From positions 1 through 60,860 of the IMG/VR virus record IMGVR_UViG_3300042503_001940: a DNA stretch of 60,860 nucleotides; one strand, given 5' to 3'. Below are positions 8,301 through 20,300 of this stretch, in pieces. Position numbers and translations under genes: made by a program. Every line of letters starts with the position of its first letter. Position 1 is the first letter of the stretch. The notes under the pieces are model-generated. The model saw nothing but the letters and a program-made list of their open reading frames with translations, was not told where the DNA came from and did no database searches. Source of the DNA: a virus (taxonomy: Duplodnaviria > Caudoviricetes).

Positions 8301-11300
8301 CGCTCTGCCGCAGCTGGCGTAAAAGTACGTGAATACGGCGGAAAAGACGGCATGTACGGAATGAGACCTCGTCAATACGCAGAATTTGTTAAATACCAAA
8401 AGTTCCTTCAGGCGTTGCGCGAGTACGGCATGACAGATGCATCTGGAGTAACTAACCTCAGAGTCAGAGATCGCTCCAGACGAAGCGGCATGACAAGAGA
8501 CTATTACCGCTTTAAGCCAGTTGCGGGATTTGACCCAAGGACAGTCGACAACCGCTCATCCATGGGCATGATGACTCACGCAATGAGTCAAATGCGGTCG
8601 CAGCCCGGAAGGCTTGCTCTCGCTCCAAACCCGTATTACAAAAAGCCTGGCTATCCGCGCGCCTTGACGCAGCTGCGGATGATTCCAGTTGGCGCGTATT
8701 CGTCAAGCACAGGTGCCGATACGCACGGGTATATCGGTGGCCTGGCTGGCACTGCGCAAAACTGGGCTGGTGGACAGGCTCCTCTGGGAGGAGTTGGCGG
8801 AACACTGATTGCCCAGGAGTTGCGACGACGTGACCGATACCGTCGAGGCTTGTCGCCGCAAGGGCGCAGGAGCATGACTAGAAACGGATCAAGGGTATCT
8901 CCGTATGGCGGCTTTGGTCAGCTGGAAATGTATGGCATTGGCGCTGCGCTTCCCGCCTATCAAGGGATGGGGGCGGAGGAAAAGCTTGGCACTGGAAAAA
9001 CAAAACCTTACAGACGAGGCGAGGACATTGACGACCAAAGCGGGTACCTAGCATGGACCCCCTGGAGAACAAAGTCGCTCATCCGTGGAATTCGTCGGTC
9101 TCTCCCTGGGCAGATTGCTGCCTTGCGCGGGATTGGCGGAGACGCTATCCCTTCAGACATTCGATTTGATCGTCGCGGCGGGCTACTGCCAAATCTGCGC
9201 GGCAAAGAAGCAATGTCTGCAGCAGAGGAGCTTCGTCAGGCAATTGTTCGGGCAACTGAACTTGGGCGAGAAGACGTGCCAAGAACTGCCAGCGTTGAAG
9301 ACGCGGCACGCATGCTTGCGCGCGGAATTGTGCACTCTCAAATTGGCGGAGTGAGAATTCAAAGAGTTCCAGCATTTAGTGGTCCATCCTCGGAAGCGCA
9401 AAAAAGCATGGACATTTTGGATCATCTGGTTGCCCGACACGATCAGTCGCAACGCACCAACAACACGCCCAGCCCTTTCCCGTTTATTCCCGCCTCTGCT
9501 GGCCGCGTCGGAATGATGCGTTCCGGATTGCGGCAAATGGCTGGTGGCGAGCGCGGCGGATTTATTGCCAGACTTGCTACGGATGCTCCGTTCTCGCACA
9601 TTCCAGTTGGCGCGTACTCAACCCGTGATCCAGGAGAATTCCATGGGTACCTCGGCTCGCTAAGCGGTCTTGGCATTCCTGGCATTGGCAGTGCGTTAAT
9701 GAGTGCTGAAATCAAACGACGTGTTGCTATGGGCCGCATTAGCGCAATGACCACAGCCAGGGAAAGATTCCTACACCCTGGCGACATCATGGAGCACTAC
9801 AGAAGCATTCTTCCGCGTCATATCCCTTCGCTTGAAGTAAGCGCCGCAGACAGCGGGAAGGGTTTTTACGCCTCAGCTGGTTTTACCGATGCAACGGGTT
9901 TCCCAATTGGGGGAACCCATGTAGGGGGAGTTCCAAGTCGTTTGGAACTTCAAGGACCAAAACAGCTTGCAATGCTTGCGGAAATCCGCAAGCAGATTGC
10001 AATTTTGGAAAAGGAATATGGGCTGCCACCTGGCAGCGTCAGATTTGCTAAGAGAGGTTCTCTTAGCTCTATAGCTGCATCCACCGGGGTGCGTGGTAAG
10101 GGGGGTGATTCTACCGTGGGCGCAACATCTAAGAGGGGGTTCGAGCCGCTTGCGGCAGCAATCGATACTTCCCTGGGCGCGTATATCAACGAGATGCTGC
10201 AGGGCTTAAAAGCCGGTCGTAATGGAACAGTTGGGCCACGCCAAGTAGCGAAAGCTCTTGGCAAATTCCAGGAAGATATTCTCGCAAGCTTTGGTATTGG
10301 TTCTGGTAAGGGTATTACCGGAATGCGTACTGGCTTCAGTGCTCTTCCTGCGGATTCGCGCCGAAAGATTGCCAAGAGCGTTTCGGCAATCTTCGGAGAC
10401 CTGCTTTCCGACTACACCGAACGGATGGCCCCTGCGTTTAGGCGCGGCGGTTCTAGCATCGCCTCATTGGGCGGCGTAAGCCACGCAGCCGACCTTAAGA
10501 CCATTCTTACTGGTTCCCAGGGCGTATTGCTTGAAGAGCTTGCCGCCGTCCAGGCTGCAGCAAGGCCTTCACGCCGTAGAAGCGGTGCCAGAATCCCCGC
10601 AGCGGATGCATCTAGGTTCCGAACGACCCCTCCTGGCACTGGCCTTGACTACGTCAACGGTCTTCCAGTTATAGGGAACGACTTCCGCAATTCTCCAGCC
10701 ATTCTCCAAAGCCTGCAGAGTGGTGGGCAAGGTGCCTACAACAACTCTTTGGTTGCAACCCTTCTTGCCCAGCAGTTTATGCCAAGGCTGCCTAAGAACT
10801 ACGGATCTCTCACGATGTCCAATATCGTTGAGACACAAGGTGCCTTTGGCATTGCCGGGATAAACGAAAACAAAAACCTTCGCGGCAAGCGGCATCGCAT
10901 GCCGGGTGGCGAGCACACAGGCTTTGGACACGTTATGTTCGATCCGGCCGGGGGCCAACGCGCAACGATCACGCTCTTCAACACCGTCAAAACAATGCTT
11001 CACGAAATCGAACACGTTCGAGAACGCGCAGCACAAATAGAGTCAATAAAAGCAACTGGCGGTAAGGCATCAGGACCAGCATACGAGGCGGAAATGAAGC
11101 GCCGCGGATTTGGTTCATCTGAGCTTCTCCCCGTATACGACCCAGGAACCGGCGAGCTTATGTATGTTCCAAAGGGCGCCCCTGGCATCAAGGTCGTAGA
11201 GAATGGCGTGCTAAAGCTCCCAGCTGGCGCACTCACCAAGAGTCAGTACATGGAACTGCCGATTGGGCAGCGCGGTGGGTTCCAGAGAGCAACCATTACG

Positions 11301-14300
11301 CAAGCGCAGGCGGCAGAGTTTGACAAAAATGCCGGTGGATCACACGCAAATATTCAGCGCCACTTTATGCCACAAGCACGAATGGGCATGGAGTCAGGTT
11401 TTGGCATTGCCCAGATGGCAAGCTTACTTGCATTCTCTAACAGGAACATTCTTCCTGGAGAAACAAGAGAGGAAGCTACGCTTCGAAGCCGACTCACTAA
11501 CACTGGCTTCTTCCCTAGTGGCCAAGAGCAACAAATTATTGCGGCTGGCGGCATAAACGCCGTCAGGCCTGGTCTTGCTGGAACAGCCAATGCGTATATT
11601 GCCGGTGCGCTTCCTGCCTATGAGCAGGTAGCCAAGCGCCCACAGCGGACCGCTGCGCTGTTCGGCGCGCGAGTGCAGGCAGGGCTGCAAAATGCAGTGA
11701 GTGCACTGGCAGGAGGCGGCGATGACATGTCGCTCCTTGGCGGTGCTGCGAAGGCACTTGTCAGGGCAACGCAGGCAATCCCTGCCAAGGAGCTTAAGGC
11801 AACCTTTGGTTCGCTAAGCTCTACGGCCCTTGCTGACTTCGGCATGATCCTTGACGCTGCGGTTGGCAGCGGCAGGAAGCTTACGAGAGAAGTGCCAATT
11901 GGCGACCCAGTAACTGAAGCGCCAGGAACAGCAAACTACGTTGATCCAGGCTATGCCACCGAGGGCAAGGGAAAGAGACGCCGCAAAGCGAATGTGCCAG
12001 CCGCCCCAGTGGGCGGCGGAGCAACGGTACGAGCGCTGACCCCAGAGGGTCTACAGGCCGTATCCGCCGCTCTCCACGCACTCACCCTAAGCACCGCTGG
12101 CGTATCCCCAGAAGCTCTGCCGCAGGCACGTGCAAACGTTCGACAGGCACGCACGGGAGCCCTTGGCTTGCCTGCGCAAGTAACGCCCAATCTTGAAGCG
12201 GTTCGCAGGAGCCTTGCCCTTGCAACGCTTGCCGCGGAAGTTGGCGCAATGCCAGAAGGCCCCCACAAGGAAGCCCTTAAGGGGATGCTGCGGCCGCACA
12301 TGCCAAACAACCCACTCTTTGATTTGCCAAAGGGAACCAGGACCGGCCGAGGTAAAAATGCTGCCGTTGCGGCGCCAAGCACCTCTTCAAGCACGACACT
12401 GATTCCTTACGAGCCACCACTCAGCGCATCGGACCATCTTGCCCGAATCCAAGCGGCTATCTTTGGTGACGCATTCGGCATGGGCGGCAAGCCACGCGGA
12501 CCACAAATCCCAGGGCCAAACGTTCTCCCAAGTTACGCGGGCCTAGACGACAACTTTAAAGGGATGAGTCCGTCCCTTGCCGAAGTCGGCCAGAGACTGA
12601 AGGGGTACGTCACCAACAGCAGAATGGCCCTTGGGATCACCCAGGAGTTTTCTTCCGCCATGGAACGGGCACGCGCAGGAACAATCAACTTCGGCGAAGG
12701 CATGCGCCAGATTGCAGACAGCAGCAAGGGGCTGCTCTTTACGCTTAAGGACACCATTAAGTTTGCAACCGCAATCACGCTGACGCAAAACGTTGCTGGC
12801 GCAATCAGCCAGGGCATTGGCCACCTAACCGGCGGATTTATTCAATTTAACTCAATCCTGGAGCAGTCACGCGTAGGATTCACCACCCTGTTTAAGCAGG
12901 GCGGAGACGAGATGGGAGTTGCCGAGTCTCGTGCCGTAGGAATGATCGAGCGAATGAAGGAATTCGCTAACGTTACACCGTTCCGCTTCAAGCAACTTGA
13001 AGAGGCCGCCATCCGAATGAAGGCGTTCGGCCTGGAGATGGGTAACATTATTCGACGCGATAGCAGCGGGCAGCTTGTCGGCTACATGCGTAGCATCGGT
13101 GACGCAGTTGCGGCCCTTGGTGGCGGCGACGAAAAGATCATGCGTATTACGTACGCACTTGGGCAGATGAACTCTGCTGGTCGCGTCTATCAAAACGACA
13201 TGATGCAACTCGCAAACGCGGGTATTGCTGGTTACGAAATCCTGGCAGAGAAGCTCATTCAGGAGCTTGAAGCCAAGGGAGAAAACATGACCGCTGAGGA
13301 TAAGAAGATCCTCAACGAAATGTACACAAACAGAATTGAAGCAATCCGCAGGCTGACGTCTAAGGGAGCAATCTCAGGTAAGGGTGCAGTGCAGGCCATC
13401 ATGGCCGGCCTTGGCGAGCGCTATGGCGGCGGTATGGAGCGGTTGTCCAAGACGATGGCCGGCGCGTTTAGCACCATTGCCGACATGTCGCAATCACTTG
13501 TTGCCACCATGACGGGACCGCTCTACGACGCAATCAGAGATGTTGTAGTTGAGCTTGCAACTTATATGCAAAGCGATGCCTTGCTAGAAGTCTTTACAAA
13601 GATGCGTGAGGGAATTGCTGGGTTTGCAAGAGATTTGCGAGAGGCAATTCCTGCCGCGGCAAAGGTTGCTGGAGATGCATTTGGCTTCTTTATCAGACTC
13701 ATGCAAAACATGTTTGGTTCTGGCAGCGGCATGATGGGTGGGCTCGATACCTTTAAAAAGGGATTGGGGACACTCGCCGACCTGCTAAGCAACGACGTTG
13801 TTCGAGCATTTGCCATGTCGTCCATTGCGGCAAAGGTTTTGCTTTCGGCCTTCACCTCTAACCCGCTTATTGCAACGGTTGGAGCAATCATTGCCCTTCT
13901 TGGCGTCATGCGAACCGCGTATGAGCAAAATTTCATGGGCATCAGGGACACTATTGATACCCTTGCTCCAAGGTTCCAAGAAATTGCCGACACAATTCAG
14001 GCAAATCTTGTTCCGGCTATTGCTGGATTTATTAAAGGCGCTGGATTGTTTATCACTGGCACGCTATCGGCTGCGATTAAGGTTCTCGGGCCAATCATTG
14101 CTGGCCTGGCAAGTGCCTTTGGCGGCATAGGCGGAGTCCTGCAGGTATTCGCTCCAATCCTTGGATTTGTTTTGGCTATGCTTATTACCAAGAAGCTTGC
14201 CGTTGACGGCTTTGCTCTGGCATTCACCAGGCTTTCACAGGCAATTGCTGGCGCCGCTTCGCAGATGTCTGTGTTTGGCGCAAACGCTAGATACACAGGT

Positions 14301-17300
14301 ACAAGAAGCAAGGTTGGAAGCAACCTTGGCATGGTTGCAGTTGATGATCAGACTGGTGCTCTTGCTGGCTCTTCGCTCGCCGATAGGGCCAGGCTTGGCA
14401 CTGCTGACGGTGGCTCTGAGCAGCTAAAGAACAAGGTCGGCACCCAGGTTATTACCCCGGCAAAACTGCGCGGCGCAAGCTTTGTCAGCGCTTATGGTCC
14501 AGTGGCCATTCCTGGCGGTTCTATTGTTAGGGACATAGCAACTGGGGCTGTCATTCAACGCGAGGCGGAGATGGGGCCAGTAGCCCGCACGTTTATTGGC
14601 GCAACGATGAACACCGAGATGTTCGGCGAAAAAGAAGTCCAAGAGTTCGGAAGGCTAAGAGACCGATCTATTGCTAAGGGTTACCTAGGGGTTGATACAG
14701 GTAGGGAAGAAGCTCTTCGGCACATGTCGAAAGACGAGATCAAGGAACTAGAGGCAACCGAAAAGAGAACCGGTCAGCCAGTTCCAACAGAACAACTTCC
14801 TGGATACGCCCGAGCCGCCGCATTGGGCGAAGGGCGCATGAAGGTTGAGCAGGGGGGAACTGCATTCCTAGCCAAGAAGGCTCGCGAAGCACGAAGGCAG
14901 GAAGCTGCGAGGCGTAACGTTTCCGCTCGCGCAATGGACAAGATTGTTGCAGACGCTGTTGCTGCCGGCGAACATCGTACCCCGCAAAAAGTGGACGAGC
15001 TTGGCAACGTTATAGACCCAGGTGGAGTGCTTAAGCCTGATTACGCGCGTTTGGTTGCGCCAGACAGCGGCAAGGGTGCGGTGTTGAGCCAAGAAGAGCG
15101 CCTTGCTCTTATTGATGAATACGAGCGTGAAGGGGCTGACGCAGAGCCAGATAAGAGCCGAGAAGATCGTCTTCGTGAGGCTCAGGAAAAGCGCGCAAAC
15201 GCCGCACGCGAGCGAAAGCGCATCCGCGATGCGCGGATTACCAAAGAGCAGCTCAGGGCAAATAAATTCATCCCAATTGATCAATTCAGCACCGAAGGGG
15301 ACAGCGCAACGGGCGTCATCCCTGGCTCGCCACGCCTTAAGGGTACGCGTCGCATTCAGGAGTATCTGAAGCAGCTTGGTACCAGGATGTACACTCTCGG
15401 CCGCCGAAAGGTTACGGCATACAGCCAAGGGCAATTCGACACAGAAATCGGCATTGGGCCAACGGGGACAATGCCTGGAAGCCTGCGCGTACCAACTCAG
15501 GGACCAATTCCTATCGGCGCGTTCGACACGGAAAGCGGCCCAGCCGCCAAGGTTCGCAGGTACCTAAGCGGTCTCAGGGGCGCACGCGCACCAATTTCTG
15601 CCTTCTCAACCGAAGGCGCACAGGCTGGGGCGCAACGGCGCCTGCGGCCCCTGGAGCGCCGAGACCTCTCTGCGTTCAACCTGGAAAACGACCTTATGCC
15701 TGGCAGATTCACTAGGTTCCGAGAGAACCTTGGCGAGCGAGCCAGATCAATCGGTGGCGGAATTAAGGATCGCCTTACGTCATTCGCCACATACTACAAA
15801 GACAAGCACGGCTCGCAAGCAATGCAGGCCGCGGCGCAATCCGCTTCAAGCTTTGCTACAGCAGCAGGCGCTTCGGCAATGGCCCTTGGTGGCCTTGTTG
15901 GAATTATCAACGCAGACCTTGGCGCATCTATTGCTCAGGTAGGCGCTGGCCTTGTTGGCTTTGGACAAGTTGTATCTATGGCTTCTGCGGCAATGACGCA
16001 GATTGGCAAAGTTGGACTAAAGAACATGGCGATGTCACTGCTTTCCTTTGCGACTGGCCCGATGGGCATTGTCGCTGCGGTTGCAGCCGTTGCCCTTGCC
16101 TTGTGGTCACTTGATCAGGCGGTAAAGCAGTCCGTAAAAGACATGGACGAGTACTACAAGAAACTTGTTGCGGGAGACAAGAAGGCAAGCACAGACATTG
16201 CAGACGTTGCTGGTTTGCCCGTAGCCAAGAAAGACAACGACCCGACCAAGTATCGCATTACTGGAATGGACAAGGACGGAACCCTTCTTAACTCAGATTC
16301 ATCGCAGGCCACCATTGATGGCATGGTCGAGCGGGGAATTCTGGAGCTTGTTACCAACCCGTTGCTATCTCCTGGGCAACCTGGCTATCAATCATACAAG
16401 GTAACGCAGAAGGGCCTTGAAGCAGGTTACTCCGGCGTCACGGAACGTTTTAACAAATACGACGCAGCAACAACCCCTATCGTTCGAACCGACGCGGAGC
16501 AAAAGGCGTTTGCCGAGCAAGTTACCGGCGGGTTTATGACGGGCTTTGGCGTTGAAGGATACGACCAGATTAAAAAGACTTTGGAAGAAAAATTCCAAGC
16601 AGGAACTATTGACCTTGAAGATTTTGCCGCAACAAAAACTCAAATTCTTGAAGATGACGCAAAGGGAAGAGCTGCGGCAGAAGAGTTTAGGGGTGACACT
16701 GACGCGTTTAAGGCTGCCTACGTTAAGTCAATGGTTTCACGCGGATACACGGAAAAGCAAGCAAATGATATGTTTGGTAACGCTCAGCTAGCGGTTGGAA
16801 ACGTTGCAAGAGAGAAGCTGGCTGGCGATGACGAATATACAAACATAGAACGCTACGACGATCTTAACAAATACCAAACAGAATCAGGGACGGGATTTGA
16901 TCTAAGTTACGGCGCCCTAGGTAAAGAAGGCCTTATTGATGAAAGCATCTTTAACGTCTCCGAGAACCTAAAGCTTCTTAACGACAGCCTTGAAGATGCG
17001 CAAAAAGAATCAGAGAAAGCAGCAAAGGCGTTTGCCAAGCTGTTTGATCCTTTTGCTACGGTCTTTGAACAATTCATGGCAAGGGCCATGAAGATTGTTG
17101 GAGAAATCTTTAAGCAAGAGCAGGATCAACTTGCCGCTCAAACTAGCGACGCACTCTCTAACGTGACCGCGCTGAACAACGGCGAGGTTACCCGACTTGG
17201 CGTGCTTGAAGAGCAGTACAAGGTGCTTGAAGAGCAGCGAAAGGAGCAGGAGCGCATGAAGGCGCTTCAGGACGCACAGGAGGCTGCCGCACGGGCAACC

Positions 17301-20300
17301 CTGGGCCTATTTGATGCCCAGGTTGACCCTATTGATGCGGCCATTGCTGCGCGAGAGGCTTCGCAGGCCCTGCAGGAAGAAGAGCAGAACGCTGCTATGG
17401 ACACGCTTGCATCTGACATTGAGCGAGCAAAGAACAGCGTGGAATACGCAGAAACCGAAGAGTTCTACGCCGCAAAGAAGAAGCAGCTTGACGAGGACCA
17501 AGAGGAACGACAGCGTCAGATTACTGAGGCTGCCGCCAAGTTGATGAACGATATCAAACTCGGGAAGATTACGCCAGAAAAGGCAAAGGCAGAGTTCTTC
17601 AAGATCTTTGGCGACGTTGGCATTGACATGGAGTCAATCCTCTCGACCGGAACAGTTGCCGGCCAGTCTTTGGCTGCAACATTTGGCACGGCTTTTGTTG
17701 ACTCATTTAGCGCCTTTGGTGAAACGATTGTTAACACCATCGGTGCCGTGGTGCGCGCAGGCATCAGGGCAGTAAACGCAGAACTAAAAATTGACCAGAT
17801 TGTTGCGGACATCGAAAGAATTGAAAGCGCCCAAGACAAGGTCAAGGGAAGCAAAATTCTTGCCGAAAAAGCTCGTTTGCAAAGAGTTGTCGCCGATACA
17901 AAGTTCCAGCTTAATGCTAAGGCGGCACAGACAACCGATCCAGAAATGTTCCAGGCCTACAAAGAGTTGATTGGTCAGCTTGATAAATCCTCGGCAATGT
18001 TTAGCGCAATGCCAACGTTTGACTCAACAAAAGACTATAGCCGTGCAGAATTTAACAAGGCGTTTGAGGCAATCTACGCCATGTTTACAAACCTGTACGA
18101 CATTACTGGACCGCTATACAAGATTACTCGCACGATGGGAACCGCACGCGGTGGACAAGTCGGCGCAGGTCGATACCTTGTCGGCGAGCGTGGTCCAGAG
18201 ATGCTGGAAATGTATCCAAACGGTGGCGGAAACGTCATCCCAAACCACAAGCTTCCTACCTCCATGCGCTCCTCCTATGGCGCGCTACGGGCAGGTAAGG
18301 GCAACCAGTATCAGGGCAGAGCCAATGGTGGCTCCGTTGGCGGGGGTCGCGACGACTATGGCATGGGCAACGAAGCAAGCAATTTCCAGGAAAGCCTGCA
18401 GTACCTCAACGACCCTACCGGGTTCCAGCAAATGTCGTTCAACCAGTTCATGGATAGCCCAAGCAAAACAAGAGCCGAGAAGAACGAACTAGCCCGTAGG
18501 TTCCCAAAAAACTACGCCAAGTACATTCGTTCGAAGATTTCTGGCGGGGCCGGCGGTAAGTTTGGATTTGGTCGCATGGGCGGCAGAGCTGTCGGTGGGC
18601 CCGTTAGCTCGGTTCTTGGGCCAATCCGAACGGATGGAGGTACCGATCCAGATATCCCAATTGACTGGGACGATGAGGACGATGATGGTGGAACCGAAAC
18701 CCCAAGTATCGTCTGCCCTCCAGGGTGGATGCCAGTTTGGAACGGCTTTGGTTGGACCTGTAAGTACTTCACATCAACAACCGATCCAGACGATCCAACT
18801 GACCCGGACTGGCCGGATGTTGTCGAGCCGGACTATCCACCGACGGAATCGTGCCCAATTGGGACATTCCCGCGTTGGGACCCGGTAACTAAGTCATGGA
18901 CGTGTGTCCCGCTGGATCTAATGTGGCCAGAGTTTGGCACGCCTGGGCTTCCAGTTCCAAGAGCGTTGTTGCTCGACGGGCGAGCACACATGATTGCAAA
19001 CAACGAAATGCCATGGAAGATGAAGGATGGTGTTTGGACAAAGATTAAAGGACAACTTGCGCGCGCATACGCTCCGTACGGGGCGGGCGGGGGCGGAAAA
19101 CCAGACATTCTTGATAACTCCGGCAACACAAATGCTGGCAAGGCAAGCACAAAGCCAGGCCCAGCGTTTGGCGGTCAACAGACTGCGGTGGTCGCGGGTG
19201 GTACAGGTTGGCAGAAGCGATGGGGCTGGTTCTCTAAGATTCCAGGCCTAGGTGGTTTCAAAAACATTACCGCGCTGCTGCAGCAAGACATCCGCCCTCT
19301 GGACTGGATTGGGAAAAATAGACTTGGGACAATGATACGAGTCGGTATGCCAGACAGCAAGAACCCAAGGGTCCGTCAGGGTATTGACAAGTGGATTCCT
19401 AAGGGAATGACGGGCAAGGGCATCCTTGGCAGGATTTTTGCAAACGGCAACCTAATGGATGCCTCTGCCAAGAGAATTTACCCAGCGATGAAGTTCTTGT
19501 CAGGCTATGCGGCTGTCCTCACTTCTGCTCTTGATTGGAAATCACAGGAGTCGATGGGGGCAGACTATTGGCAGGACCAGCTAAACGTTATGGCCAAGGA
19601 AAACACCATTGATGAGTGGTGGAAAGAAAAGCGAAAGTCGGTTGTTCCAAGTTGGGTTGATACCGCTATGGGTGTTGGCAATTTCTTTGCAAACCCAATT
19701 GGTGGGATTACCGATCTCCTTGGTTGGACAGACGCACCGCGGCTTCCTGACGCCCCTAACATTGTTAGCGGCATAGGAACCGCAATAGACAGCTCGTACA
19801 AGATGCCGTTGGTTGAGCAGGCTTTGAAGAATGGTGAGATTAAGTTCCCACCTGACATTGTTCTTGACGACGCGCAACGTGAATACTTTGAATCCTCAAA
19901 GGAGCCGTTCCCAAGGTTTGCCTTTAGAACGGGCGGTACTGCTCTTGCCCTATTGGTGCAAGGCGCTCTTACCGCATTCCTCGGTGTCGCATCTGGCGGA
20001 CTCGCGCTCCCAGCGGCAATTGCAATCGGCTCTGTACTTTCCGCGGTAGGAAATGCGGCAGGCGGCTCAGCCTATGACCTGCTCATGGGTACGGATACGC
20101 CGTTCCATGAAGTTCGCGGGATTGGAAAAGCTGGCGATAAGGGGATTCTTTCTGGCATGGGCGATGTTGGTGCTGGAATCGCTGGGTTTATTAACGGCAT
20201 TGCGGGCCTCCTCGACAGCGGGAAGAAGGTTGACCCTGCGTACTCTGAAAAGGTTTCGTACAAGGAAGGCCTGTTTGACCCTCAATTGCTCGCGCAGCTG

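Noticed and set aside
7188-9188. Possible diversity-generating retroelement template/variable repeat pair
   Set aside because: Differences are not adenine-specific, both copies are in-frame coding, and no reverse transcriptase is in the window.
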